64,000 nt of DNA from Selaginella moellendorffii (GCF_000143415.4 NW_003314389.1:270892-334891); one strand, 5' to 3'. Positions 40,296-53,985 are shown, numbered from the stretch's first letter. Notes: generated by a model not told the origin, from the letters alone. Program-made: numbers and translations.

Positions 40296-41500
40296 TTCAT
40301 AGCATCCCAATTCCAGATCGTCTGTGGAAGTGTCTTACGATGGACTTCATCATGGGACTTCCCCCAAGCGAGGGGTTTGATGTGATATTCGTGGTGGTGG
40401 ACCGATTCTCGAAAATGGCACATTTCATACCCACCACAACGGAGGTGGATGCGGAAGGTGTGGCGAAGCTGTTCTTTGAATAAATGGTTCGAGTGCGGGG
40501 AAGACCGGAAGATATCATCTCAGATCGAGATAAGATCTTCACCAGTAGGTTCTGGAGGACTCTCCTGGAACAGTATCGCACCAAGTTTAAATTCAGCACA
40601 GCCTATCACCCACAGACAGGTATGGGGTATTAAGTCATGTTTGTTGGCACTAACACTTCTTGACAGACGGACAAACAAAAAGGGTGAATAGGCAGCTGGA
40701 GGATTATTTGCGATGCTATGTCTCGGGAGACCAGACCGATTGGGTAAGTCATTTGAGACTCGCGGAAATGTGCTATAACAACTCACCACACTCGAGTATC
40801 GGGTTGAGTCCATGGGAAGTCATCAATGGGCGAGCTATTGAAGGTCCTGTGGAACTCGGCGTAGCCGAGTATCATGGAGAGTTACCTGCAGTGGAGGCAT
40901 TCACGGCGGAAAGACTCAGCATTTGGAATCTAGTGAGGGATTCCTTGGAACAGGCTCAACAAAGGCAAACCAAATATGCGAACCAGAAGCGTCGGGATGT
41001 AGAGTTCCAAGCTGGGGAGAAGGTGTGGCTGAACACCAAGAACCTCAAGCTACCAAGTGGGATCAGCCGAAATTTGACCCAAATGTAAAAATGCATGTAT
41101 TCCTGTAAATGAATTGATCTTGAGTTTTGTAAGCAAGTTCGTGGGGCCTTACGAGATTGAGGCACGAATCGGTAAAGTGGCTTACCGACTCTAACTTCCT
41201 CGAGAGATGGGGAAGATGCACCCAGTGTTCCACGTGAATTTACTCAAGTCGTACTTTGAGGATCCGCTTCGCAAGGACCAAGTGAGACCTTTACCTGAGG
41301 TTATCCAAGGGGAAGAGGAATACGAAGTCAAGGCCATCCTCAATGCGCGCAAGAGCAAGTGACAAGGACGCGAGGTGAGAGAGTTCCATGTGAAGTGGAA
41401 AGGATTTCCACACTGCGAAGCAACATGGGAACCGGAGGAGAACCTAGCGAATGCGCGAGATCTAGTGGAGGAATTTTTGCAAGGCAGAACTCTATGTACT
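40296..41500 (+). pseudogene. Family-A integrase + chromodomain with introns at 40620-40666 and 41085-41136
   Basis: [35 protein letters not shown] and EEYEVKAIL..HVKWKGFPHCEATWEPEENL. Confidence 0.9.
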
Positions 41501-41909
41501 TATGCAAAGTTCAATTAAAAATATCAATTTGCGAAGTTGAGCAAGAGGCATATGTTGGGACCCAAAGGCATGCCAAAGGTAAGCTAATTAGCACGGGTTA
41601 GCTAGGTCGACCAGGCATAGGGCACTACGCCTGACTCCCCACGGGGATGTCGAATCCGTAGATGTATTCTACGGAGGTTGGGTTCAAGTCCCAACCCCCT
41701 AGTAAAGCAAGGCTGGGTTCAAGTCCCGACCCTATACTAGGGCGTGGTGAGGTGAGGAGTATAGGGACACCTATACTACGTTGTCATGAGCTCTTGGCCG
41801 GGGAGGCTAACTTAGGCACACCGCTAAGTGGGGGGATGCCCCCAGAGACATGGTCAACAAGTCGTAGGATAAAAAAAGACGTTCGATATGGGCATCGAAC
41901 TTCTTCTAT

Positions 41910-41920
41910 GGGTGGTGGAG
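41910..41920 (+). promoter_or_regulatory. Polypurine tract GGGTGGTGGAG
   Basis: Immediately precedes the LTR start TGTAAGG at 41922. Confidence 0.75.
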
Positions 41921-41921
41921 T

Positions 41922-43055
41922 TGTAAGGAACCGACTCCCCGAGATGTTGTAGGCTAAAGGATCCTCGAAAGCATGACCGAAATGACAAAGAGTTCATCGG
42001 ATGGGACCGAGTCAAAGATCGAGTCCAAGACCGACTCAGAGACCGAGTTCGAGATAGAGTCCAAGATCGAGCCGAGGCCGAATCAGAGACCGAGTTCAAG
42101 ACCGAGTTCGAGACCGAGTTCGAGACAGAGTCCGAGATCCAAATCGGGTCCGAGACCGAGTCCGAGGTGGAGTCCGAAGTCGAGTCTGAGATCGAGTCCG
42201 AAATCGAGTCCGAGACCGAGTCCGAAGTCGGGTCCGAGATCGAGTCCGAGATCAATTCTGAGAGTAAGTCCAAATACTAATACAGCTCAAGGGGTGAAAG
42301 CCCAAAGCGTGCGTCTCCCAGGGGGGAGGGCTGCAAGGGGTTCCAAAAGTATAGTAGGGATAGTGAGGTCCAGGAACCAGTCTTGAAGGAACTCTCCAGT
42401 GGTGCTTCCAAACTGACTTGAGGTTGAGATTGGGGCCGAGGGGCCTTGGGTGGGAGTTAGCATGGGCTTGGGTGGTGCCTGAGGGGCCACTCAGGGAAGT
42501 GCTCAAGAGCAGCTCCCACTCCCGAAAGGGAAACCGACTGCGGTGCTCCCGGCTCATGTGGAGTGGTGCCCCACTTGAGTACCTTGTGTCTCATTGGTCC
42601 TCGCCCTTCCTAGGGGCTTGGGCCTTCCCTTCGGGATGGAAGTGGGGGGGTAGAGGTACCCATACCGGGCCGTTAGGCCACGGGGTTTCGCCCCGACGTC
42701 CCGAAGCAAGTGCTGCACCCAAGGCTTAGGATTTAGAGGGTCCCATGATCAAGTCTTGTGGTACCAAGGGGTGTTAGGAATCTGGAGGCTTGGTGTGCTT
42801 GGCTGCTTGTGCCTGCAGGGAGTGTAGCCGAACCTTAAGTCCAGTCTAACCCGGGGAGGGGGATTGGGAGAGATTTGGGAATCCGTAGATGGATAGCTAA
42901 CACTCCGTTGCTCGTGCAGTGAATAGCTGAAACCAAGTAGGACCAAGTAGGAGCTGGTACCATAGGCAAGAACCTTGGTGAGGGAACTTAGCACAAGCCA
43001 AGGCAGAGTTGCCCGGATAGATGAGGTAAGCTGGCAAATTGGAAAGGAAAAATTT
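41922..43055 (+). mobile_element. Family-A 3' LTR (last ~10 bp missing)
   Basis: Reverse complement of 36570-37701. Confidence 0.85.
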
Positions 43056-44406
43056 GAGGACCTAAGATGGACCCGAGATGGAGTCCGAGATGGACCGAGA
43101 TGTAGTCCGAGATGGAGTCCGAGATGGACCGAGATGTAGTCCGAGATGGAGTCCAAGATGGACCCAAGATGGAGTCGGAGATGGACCCGAGATTGAGTCC
43201 GAGATGGAGTCCGAGATGGACCTGAGATGGAGTCCAAGATGGAGTCTAAGATGGACCGAGATGGAGTCTGAGGTGGAGTCCGAGATGGAGTCCGAGGTCG
43301 AGACCGAGACCGGGACTGAGACCGAGACCAAGGCCGAGACCGAGCCCGAGTCCGAGTCCGAGTCCGAGTCCGAGTCCGAGTCCGAGTTCGAGTTCGAGTT
43401 TGAGTCTGAGAGGGTGAAAGCCCAAAGCGTTCATCTCCCAGACCCTGGGGGGGTTTGGTGAGCTCCAAAAGTATAGTAAGGGGGAGGACTGCAGTGGAGC
43501 TAGTTTGGCCAGGAAAGGCCTGTTTGGCCCAGGAAGGCTAGACCCTGTGTCGGGTGATGAACTGACCACTAGGAATTCTAAGACTTGAGTGAATATAAAC
43601 CGACAAGCGGGGTAGCTTGGTGAAGTGTTCAAGAGCCGGCTCTAGTTCCCCCGGGAGATCAACTGACCGATGCTCCCAGTCCAAGTGTGGGTGGCACTAC
43701 CTACTTGGATACCAGGCGTGGCTCAACGGAACCTCGCTCTAAGCCCATGGCTAGAGCACCCAAAGGCAGAAGGCGGGGAGAGTACCCAAGTGGCTTGCAT
43801 AAGGCCACGGTGTTCCGAAGTGTTGTCCCAAAGTCCCAGACTATGGAAAGGAAAAGGAGCAGTCCTTTGGTGTGGTGGCCAAGGATATAGTCACGTGGTG
43901 AGGAAGTCCCAGAGGACTATGGGACTTAGTGGTCAGGCCTGTGGGCCTCGATCCAGTGGCAGTGTTGGCAAACTCGGCCAAGGACAAAAAGGGACTTAGT
44001 TGGGACAGATAGAGGGATATTGGGGAAGGCTCTTCCCCTTGTCGGTGGGCATCCTAAGGATGCTAAGGAGTGGATCTGGGATGACCACTCACGGATGGTT
44101 GGCCCAGTCTTGGAGAGACAAAACTGTGTTGCAAGTGATATTGGACTACCAGTGCGGCAAAGGTGATTGGGCATGGCTTAGCGTAATAGGCTGCTATATC
44201 GGTGGTACTTTTGAGTGTCGATCATGGGATCGGACACGTGGAGCACTTGGACCAGGTGCAAGGGTGGAGTGGCATGGATGCTATTCTTGGGGCTAGCAAG
44301 TCCCAAGTCCTGAATTGGACTTATGGAGGTTGTGAATGAGACTCCTCCAAGTGGTCGGAGGTGAGGTTAAGTGACTAAAGTAGTATGGAAAATTTAGTCA
44401 CTTACA
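43056..44406 (+). mobile_element. Family-B LTR, 5'-truncated
   Basis: Homologous to 31810-33116; ends GTCACTTACA followed by CCGGT. Confidence 0.85.
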
Positions 44407-45149
44407 CCGGTGGGTACTCCACCAACTATCATGGTGTGGAACTTAGGCTTAGACTCAAGCCGGATGTAACAAAGACAAACATGCAAGTGAAAGCTAGATT
44501 ATGCCTCAAGTTAGTCGGCCATACCTAACCTACCCACTATCCCTATTATACATTTGGAACCCCCCACAGGCCCCCCGTTGAGGAATGCACACTTTGGGCT
44601 TTCACCCTTAGCCACCCTTAGTACTAGGAGTTAGTTTTTGGGATAAGTTTGAAACTTACTAAATATAGAATGACCCTAGATTACGAATTTGGATGTGGTA
44701 CCAACAGCATTATGTTCAAGATAATCTCTACATTCTATAATTATCCTAAATTAACAAATCTAGACCCTTTCCATAAATAGCAATTCAGACCAAATAGTAC
44801 TAACACAAAGGGTATGATAGCGGGGGTGTTTGGCAAATATGGTAAGCTATCATTTCGAAAATATTAAGGGACCAATCTCAATACCACAAGGGTTTTTGTC
44901 AAGCTAGTGCAAGACAGAGCAAAAGAGAACTAACAAGCCAGGCCAAGTATGCTTGGCTAAATAAACACTTAGGAATTCTTTTCTTATACTCGTCTCGCCA
45001 AGTACAAATGCCCAAGTCAAGTTTACTAACACTTGAACAAAAGGGATTGATAAAGGGTTTAGCAATACTAACCTTTTACTGTTATGGCAGGAAAAAAAGA
45101 ATATTCAAAAAGACTAGCTAGCAAGTAACTTTTGATACCCAAAGTTACA

Positions 45150-48100
45150 TTCTTGACACTCTCCCCCCTTTGGAAGATTGACATCCTCATTAATGCATAC
45201 TCTACTCTAGACCACTAGCAATGAAACAACTCTAGAAAAATTTCCCGATGTTCACCCTTTGTGAGAAATGCACCAACGTAAATGAGTTAGGATAACCTCT
45301 TCATCTAACGCAAATGCACTACAACTTATACAACTTCCGACTATCGCCGACAAGGAAATGACCAATGGAGTTAGCCACTCTTGCTACTCTGAGTGTCACT
45401 TATCTTACAAAAGTGTGATACACCTCTATTTGCAAAGACATAGAGAGAAAAGCTAGAGACTACAACCCTTTTGACCAAAGAAACCAAATCCGTCGGTAAG
45501 GTTTAGATAGATTACTATAAATAAGCAGTTAGAGTTGTTTACAAGATCATATCCTTTTAAATGGAATAAGTAACATCAAGAGAGAGGTAGATGATGTGAC
45601 CAGTCAATAGTAGCTACCTCATTACTAGAGATTTTACCATGCACATGAAGTGCCAAAGCCAATCTACTTATACTGGCCCAAATCCAAAGATCAAGAGATG
45701 AAAAATATCAAAGTCATTGATAATGATATCTTAGAGACTTAAGTATTAGTGAATAAATTTTAGATTGAAACAGAAAAGTATTCCAAGTAAATTATTATCT
45801 AATATATTAATATTAGAGTACAAGAATCACCAAGATCACTATAGTTAGAAAATATAGGATTCACTATCTAAAAAAATTTAATAACTAGTGTATTATCAAG
45901 AAAGCTCAACAATAAAATTTAACTATCAAGATTTCAAATAGCACGCTAAGCAATTTACATAAGATAACTCAAAGAACACAAAGTATTATTAATAGATAAG
46001 GAAAATGCTTGCGAATGTATCACCAGAAGGAAATAACATCCTAATCTATTAGAACTAACTCAAGTAACAATCAACAAAATAGAATGAATGTGGCAAGATC
46101 AACAAACATTCATTCATGTTAAATATCATATTAGCCAATCTATATAGATCCTGGTCAACAATATGAAGGAACTCAAAATGCTTAAGTAAGCGTTAGCAAC
46201 ATTTTACCGATGTCTCAATCTCAAGAGACCAATCCAGAGCAAACCACATAGAACATGTGATTGCAAAAAGCCAAAAGCTATTAAAGAGAACAACTAACTA
46301 TTATGAAAGATCATCAATCATCCTATCAATAGATAGATGCACAATCATTGTTGAATAAAGAATCCACCATCTAAAAGAATGGCAAATCATTTTATATTAA
46401 CAATAATCAAACAAAACCTTTTGACAAGGATAACCAACTATCCTAGATTATAGTTAATTATCACCAATAATTGCTAGATGCAGAAACTAACTTCAACAAT
46501 GAAACTAATGAGCCAAAATGCCTTCCCCAACAATTTCTAATAAATGGATCAATGAGCATAAAAAATCTCAAGAAACCAAAAGTTTGAAGAAGCCTATAGC
46601 TATATCTTGCATAACAATAATCATGAGTCTTGTATAATTAATTTTAATGCTAAAGAAGAAATCATTGTAAAATCCACAATATACTTCTCAACACATCCAT
46701 AAGCTAAACTTTATAGTGCAAAGCTAATGAAAAACATGTTTACATCAATTCAAAAGCCAAGCACAATGAAGCTATGCTCAACAACTGATCACTAAATGAT
46801 CCTTTATGAATCCATCTATAGTAAGATGTAACTTACTTTATAACAAGCACAAAAAGAATCATCAATGATTAATATATTTGAACTCAAATGCAATAAATAT
46901 TCAAACATTTCAATATTAATCATTAACTCTTCCTTTTGCAAAGATAGTATAGTTTATGACTAAATCACTTTTCAAGGAAAGGCCAAAATTCAACCCCAAG
47001 TAAACAATCTTGTCTAGAAAATAGTTAACTCAACTTGCTACTCAATTCATTTGAAAGTCAATATAATTGCCAATTAGCAAAATGTATGAATGCTAATAAA
47101 AGAAAGCTTTAGCCCAAATATTAATACTATTTGCATTGAGACTAATGAAACTCAATATTAATCTTATAGAGAGACATCTCATTTCACTTGAATCTTATGT
47201 AATTTAATACTATGGACTAAATGCAACCATATGATATTGACAGAGGTATAGTTAATATGCCAGCATCGGAAAACCATGCAAGTCTAATGACACAATCTTC
47301 CGCAAAACCATTTAGTAAAGCAAGTTTATCATTATTAAATCATTATCGAGCAAAGCAAGTGTCAACAATCCTTGACAAAGTCTACAGATAATCACTATTC
47401 GCAAAGCAACCAACAATCACTCTTCAACTTGCCTTTATAAGACCCAAACACTAAACTCACATCATTGAGTTATATACTTGTTCAATATGAACATAATACC
47501 CCATGTATAAGAACATGGACAAGCATAGACTAAATGAATACTTGAATCTAATCAAATTGTAATAAGCTCACAAACACGTTTAGCCAATAGCTTTGAGCAT
47601 GCCTTGAAGAGGCTAGCTATACATAATCAACACTTAAGTCGAAACTAAAGTGAAAACCATGAATGGACTCATATTGGTACACAACCTCTTCATATACAAA
47701 GCTATAATATGGGTACTGACATCTCAACCTCAAATAACTAAAATGGATATCATTATACTCAGCCAAAGTGCAAGGCTACCAAAACTAAGTCAAGATCAGT
47801 GATTGCTCACTACTCTCATAGAGTATAATAAAATGCAAGATGCAACCTGCCAGTAAACATAGTCTTACAAAAAAAAAGGCATAAGGGTCACCTTTTTAAA
47901 AAAGCGTAATAGCAACTTTTTTACACCAACTCAAGATTCTATTCAACTCAATTGCCTTAGCCTCAAAAGTCAGTATCCTTTTTGGGCCACATTATACAAA
48001 CTGCATACTAAAGTTTAAGCCAACCAAAGTCAACTCCTACCCCTTCACCAGTTTGTAATGGTTTTTAAAAATGGAATGGTTTTTGAGCAAAATGATCAAC

Positions 48101-48300
48101 AAATCAGCCATTAAAAGAGCATAAAAAAATTTGTGAAAAATTTCAATCTTAGAGAAAAAATAACTCTTAGTTTAGGAATATAAATTTTCAAGACTCAATC
48201 AACTTCCTCCTACTAATAATTTTACATAGGTTCACATTAATATAAATTCTTATAACCCAATATCATGCTTAAGCATCAAACCTTTTGGCCATATTTCAAC
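45150..48300 (-). pseudogene. AT-rich, highly decayed retroelement relic, possibly Ty1/copia pol
   Basis: On the minus strand AAAGGGGGAGAG-TGTCAAG resembles a copia PPT/LTR junction (~45155-45172), and an xFLTKG-like RNase H end is visible near 45260; no ORF survives. Confidence 0.3.
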
Positions 48301-48379
48301 ATCCAATATCGACATCCATAAAAGTACAAATGAATGCTCAAGACTTGATCACGAAGACCATATCTTCAGATATCCATAT

Positions 48380-48447
48380 TGTAAGCCATAAATTTTTCTT
48401 TTCCAATTTGCTAGCTTATCTCATCTATCTGACTAGTACTGCTTTAA
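48380..48447. mobile_element. End of a family-A LTR into which transposon copy 2 is inserted
   Basis: TGTAAGCCATAAATTTTTCTTTTCCAATTTGC matches 36558 onwards. Confidence 0.8.
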
Positions 48448-49061
48448 GCTCTATTTCGTTAAAGTGGGATTTATTCAGTAAAATGGGACTAGGTACAAAT
48501 TTTCAAGTATTTGAAAATGACGTGAAATTATATGTTTTTTGTCCAGGGGCTAGACATATCTGGGGCATGGTGACTAGCGCGGTGACTTTGTGTCCAGACT
48601 GAGTCCATCTGGTTGTATAAAAAATCTCATTGTCAAGGTGAACAAGCCGAATCTGAAGTTAAAGAAGAGAGATGGCATGCGCGCACACATTATTTGTTTG
48701 TTCATTGAGCGTGTGGTGAGCTTTCCAAGATGAACGTCATTCCTATTAGCCAGACATATAACTTAATGGTGAGAACATTTAGATATTATTCAATGTTATC
48801 TTTTTCTAACGAATCTAATTGTGAAGGTGTAGCAAGAGGCATTGCTAGTCTGGAGAAGTCATTTAACTCATTTGACCCTTAGTGTATTTTCATGAAACTA
48901 AATAACATTCATATTATTAAGGAATTTCTCTAGTACCTTTTTTTTACGACATAGAGGCTTGCATTTCTTTAAAAGGTGATTTAGTAAAAGGCCTGAGGGC
49001 ACATGCCATTCTATTTCTCAGACCGGTATTAAGATATACTAGTGCAAAGGGCCACATGCCA

Positions 49062-50750
49062 TCACGCCTCCTCTGATTCAGATTCGGATTGTTCACCTTG
49101 AAATAAAATACATTAGAAACTTAGTAAAGGAATATTAATGAATCTCACCTTGAACCCGGGTTATGAATGCTCTTGCTGCATCTCTTGCATGGTCTGGCAA
49201 GGTGATGGTGGCACTCTGCTTCCGCATCCAACCATGCACAACATTATCCACCGATATGCTCATGCTGGGATCCCTTGGATTCAGCACCCATCTCTTTTCT
49301 AGGCAATCCTTCGTATATCCGGAACTTGGCTTGAACCACTCCACAGTTACATTGAAGGAGTTAGTTTCCGCGTCCTCCTCTGCATTAGTGATGCAGCGCC
49401 CCACCCATATCATTTGTTTTTTATTACTGGGTCTGACAAGCACGACCATTCCTTTGCAGACCTGTACTGGATTGAATGCTGAATCCGGCTTCTTGTTCCT
49501 CGGCCCACAATAGTGATCCTCAACATCGTTATCTGTCACTGCATTTCCAGAGGACATTGTTCCGCTACTATCTGGTGCTCTGGGTTCTGGCCAAAAGGAC
49601 TCTTCCAATTCTTCATATACAACCGGCCCATTTTGGATAGCAGATATAATCTTCTCCCAGTATTCGAGCAAAGGCTTGCACCTCTTAAAATAGGATTCTC
49701 CACCAAACACCAACCCCCTCTTCCAGAAGGCAATATGCTGTCTAATCCCGGCCACTATACTTTCCTGGTCTTTGAGTCCATCCGGGTGCATCGGCCGTGG
49801 GGAACCCTGAGGAATCATAGGTTCCCCAATTATGGGATCTCTCTTGAAGAGTTCAATGCCATCCACTGGCAGCCACACTGTGTCCCATTCTCTCATCTTG
49901 TACCTCATCACTAGAGCACCGTCACGCATGCTGAAATGAAACTGAAGAGGCTTGGAGTGGCCAATCAGCGTTTCGGATCCGTCCCTGATGTAGCCTCTTA
50001 CAAACCCCTTAAAGTCTGGAACCTATGTCACAAGTGCAGCTTCAACAGTGCCTTTGATGCAATTTTGGAATTCATCGTAGAGTTGTGGGAGGGTGAGGAC
50101 ATTGGATCGCCGGAGGGACTCTGCCAGGTGACTGAACATGGCATCGACGTCTTCATGAGTGTGCCCAACCATGAGAAAGCCAAGTGTAACCGTTTCAAAT
50201 ATGCCTTTGGCAACAAGCATCGCCAAGTATGCGAAGACGTACATGTTTTTGTTCTCACTGCCAGCATTGTCTGTTTGGAGCAGAAGATGGGGTGGAAGGC
50301 CACATCGGCCGCAAGAACTTCCTTGAGATTCTGCTTCGTTTGGATGAGGCTGTGCATTCACCGGGCGACCAACCTCGTCGTAATGGCATGAGGCCTCACG
50401 TGATAACCCTACAATCTGACGGCCAACATATTCACTGGGATGGCATGGGGCCCCACGCGATACTGCAAGCCTTTGCTCCTCCTCCAGCTGAACCCTGTAT
50501 GGGGTTCGATCGACAAGGGCCTTATGCAAGGGTTGGCCGTTCAGCTCAGTCTGCGCACTTTGCAGAGACCTTAAGTGTTTTGCTAGGGACGCAATCATCA
50601 TGTTTGCACCCCCGCCACCCCATAGAGGTACAAAGAAGTTCCCATAGTTCTGGGCACCATGCCCATGAGCGATTATGCCAAATAGAGACACAGGCAGCTG
50701 CATGGATGAAGAGATTGCCTTGGGGGCAGGATTGAGTCGAGGTAAGCACG
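49062..50750 (-). pseudogene. Transposase, C-terminal part (catalytic core + C-terminal beta-barrel-like domain); N-terminus deleted
   Basis: LLLQTDNAGSENKN and FLMVGHTHEDVDAMFS motifs. ORFs 50023-50829 and 49135-49929 are in frame across one TAG. A short last intron gives ..RVQ/GEQSESESEEA*. Confidence 0.87.
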
Positions 50751-50822
50751 TCACCCATACAAAAATATATACAGTTGCAGCAAGGCAAAAGGAATATGGC
50801 AATAGGCTAGCAGGGGCCAAAG

Positions 50823-50844
50823 ATGGCATGAGGCCTCATGCCAT
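50823..50844. promoter_or_regulatory. Representative perfect copy of the element-wide palindrome ATGGCATGAGGCCTCATGCCAT (putative protein-binding site)
   Basis: Perfect dyad, extending to 28 bp (50820-50847); dozens of variants across both transposon copies. Function is inferred. Confidence 0.6.
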
Positions 50845-51478
50845 CTTGATATACACACAGCTGCAGGCAACTAAAAACATACATGACAATACGCTAGCCA
50901 TGAAATTGCAAGGGCCCAAGATGGCATGTGGCCTCATGCCATTTCTAAATGTGGTCCTAAACCATTCCATGGTGAACATACCAGGAAGCACAAGTGCCGA
51001 ATATCAAGAGGAAGCGGTAGCCACACCAAAGACAGTGCCGCTCGCAACACCGCAACTACTCGTAGCGCCGCTCGCAACACCGCAACTGCTCGTAGCGCCG
51101 CTCGCACAAACTGCCACTCGCATAAACTGCCGCTCGCAATGGCGCTCGCAATGCCGCAACCGCTTATAGACGCATAAACCACAGCTCACAACGCCGCTTA
51201 CACAAGCAGCGCTCACTGCGGTCAGCGGAACCAAGAACACGGCGCACAAAAATGATAGACCTAGGAATGAGTTCGAGAATTCAAAAATAACACACGCTTG
51301 AACGTCACATCAAATCCTCTGACAAACCAGATCTTATGATTCCTCTGACAAATTTCAAACTGAGTAGCTTCTAGACTTTGCTGTCGGAGGTTGAACTTTG
51401 TCACATCATGTCCTTGCCTCGATCCAGCTGTGCCATGTCAGTGATTCGAACTTTGCCATGCCATGTCAGCGATCCGCG

Positions 51479-53336
51479 CCAAGATTATTCGCCGTGTAAA
51501 GGAATAATTATGCTGTGTGTGTACGTCCATTTATGGCAATATAAGGCCACATGCCATTCAAAGAATAATGCTAGTCGAGCATCTTTTGGTGCATTTTTGG
51601 GTTCAAAATTGTATGAGCCCACATGCTATAAAGTTTACCTGTACCAAAAATAGAAACAGCTTTATTTACTTGGGAATTTAAGTGGTTAAGGCATTTTTAA
51701 ACTTACAAACACATGCCCTACTTACATTCATTTGGTTGCTTAAAATTCAAAAATATTATAAACCTTTCTTTTTGCATTTTCAATGTTTTCAATTATGGTT
51801 TTTGATTTTCGTAAGACCAGCCTAGTAATCTATTTGCATCCCGTCATGTTTATAGCTAGCTTTCGTTTGTCCCCTTCGCTAGCCTGAGATACATCTGCTC
51901 GGCATCTGCCTCTTACAGCATTTGCCCAGAAAGGGCATCTTTCTTCACGCAGCATTTGCCACATGTTTAGGGTTAGGGTTTAGGGTTTAGGGTTTAGCAA
52001 TTCAGTAGCTTGATAAACATGCAAATACAGAACTTGATGCAAAATCCTTGGATATGTCACAATGCCCCTAGGACCATAAACACATTTCAATAGAGAGGGT
52101 CCTTTCATTTCATAACTCCTTATGTAGATCTTGGTGAAACCAGAGTTATTGAAGTTGGTTTCTTGTGATCCCGCATCTGATTGTGATGTCCCTTTGCAGT
52201 GTCGATGGAAAGGTCAATGCACACCAAACTGTAGAATCTTAGAGCAAAATAACGGTCGGATCTATGGCAAATGCCTCTGAAAAATTGTAAGGCTCGTGTG
52301 GTCTCATGTGGTGTCCGATCGAGATGCTTCTTTGCAGGATCATCAAGAAAGACATTGTATACCATTCTGTAAAATCTAGTTGCGATCTAACGGTTGGATC
52401 TCCAGGAAACTCAAAACAATCTCGCGCGTGTTAGAATATTCTAGGAATATACTCCTATGTGCTCCAAGATTATTCGCCGTGTAAAGGAATAATTATGCTG
52501 TGTCATTTATGGCAATATAAGGCCACACGCCATTCAAAGAATAATGCTAGTCGAGCATTTTTTGGTGCATTTTTGGGTTCAAAATTGCATGAGCCCACAC
52601 GCTATAAAGTTTACCTATACCAAAAATAGAAACAGCTTTATTTACTTGGGAATTTAAGTGGTTGAGGCATTTTTAAACTTACAAACACATGCCCTACTTA
52701 CATTCCTTTGGTTGCTTACATTCCTTTGGTTGCTAGCTTTCGTTTGTCCCCTTCACTAGCCTGAGATACATTTGCTCGGCATCTGCCTCTTACAGCATTT
52801 GCCCAGAAAGGGCATCTTTCTTCACGCAGCATTTGCCACATGTTTAGGGTTTAGGGTTTAGGGTTTAGCAATTCAGTAGCTTGATAAACATGCAAATACA
52901 GAACTTGATGCAAAATCCTTGGATATGTCACAATCCCCCTAGGACCATAAACACATTTCAATAGAGAGGGTCCTTTCATTTCATAACTCCTTACGTAGAT
53001 CTTGGTGAAACCAGAGTTAGTGAAGTTGGTTTCTTGTGATCCCGCATCTGATTGTGATGTCCCTTTGCAGTGTCGATGGAAAGGTCAATGCACACCACAC
53101 TGTAGAATCTTGGAGCAAAATAACGGTCGGATCTATGGCAAATGCCCTTGAAACATTGTAAGGCTCGTGTGGTCTCATGTGGTGTCCGATCGAGATGCTT
53201 CTTTGCAGGGTCATCAAGAAGGACATTGTATACCATTCTGTAAAATCTAGTTGCGATCTAACGGTTGGATCTCCAGGAAACTCAAAACAATCTCGCGCGT
53301 GTTAGAATATTCTAGGAATATACTCCTATGTGCTCC
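51479..53336 (+). repeat. Direct tandem duplication of the intergenic/promoter region (51479-52465 repeated at 52464-53336)
   Basis: The second unit restarts at CCAAGATTATTCGCCG; both units contain the telomeric cluster. Confidence 0.85.
51965..51997 (+). repeat. Interstitial (TTTAGGG)n cluster
   Basis: gtttagggttagggtttagggtttagggtttag; a second cluster at 52842-52868. Confidence 0.9.
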
Positions 53337-53764
53337 TGAAAATGGCATGCGGCCCCACGCCATTCAAGAGATAACGCCAGATGACGCCGAGCATTTTTTG
53401 GTGCATTTTTTGGGATCAAAATTGCATGAGCCCACATGCTTGAACGTCACATCAAATCCTCTGACAATTTATTTAGCTGAACATCTGGCATTTTTGGAAA
53501 TACAAGATGCTTTGGAATATCCAATCATGCATGGTATAAATATAGCGAGGGTATTAAATGATATCCCAATCATGATATTTCTTTTGGATTTCGCGTGCAT
53601 GCAGTCCGAGGAATGATGACGTTGCAGATTTCTTTTGGATTTCACGCATGCGCGCGCCGATCCAGAAATTAATGGTGGCGCCCAAGTCCGAGAAATGATG
53701 ACGTGGCGGGATTACCAACCGTCGTGACATTTCGCGCGTGTGAGGTTAGGTTTTGCATTTTGCT

Positions 53765-53985
53765 TCGTACTCGCGCTCGCACACTCGCGCTCGCATCGCG
53801 CTCCCACTCGCGCTCGCATCGCGCTCCCACTCGCGCTCGCATCGCGCTCCCACTCGCGCTCGCATCGCGCTCCCACTCGCGCTCCCACTTCTCTACAGGT
53901 TTCTCGTGTGCATCGGCGTCCACTCGCGCTTGCATCACACTCGCGCTCGCATCGCGCTCGTGTGCATCGGCGTCCACTTCAAGAC
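53765..53985 (+). repeat. CpG-rich 23-bp tandem repeat (CACTCGCGCTCGCATCGCGCTCC)n upstream of the cargo gene
   Basis: About 5 near-perfect units plus variants. Confidence 0.88.

Noticed and set aside
51965-51997. True telomere or chromosome fusion point
   Set aside because: Only ~4 units, at the same internal position in both transposon copies.
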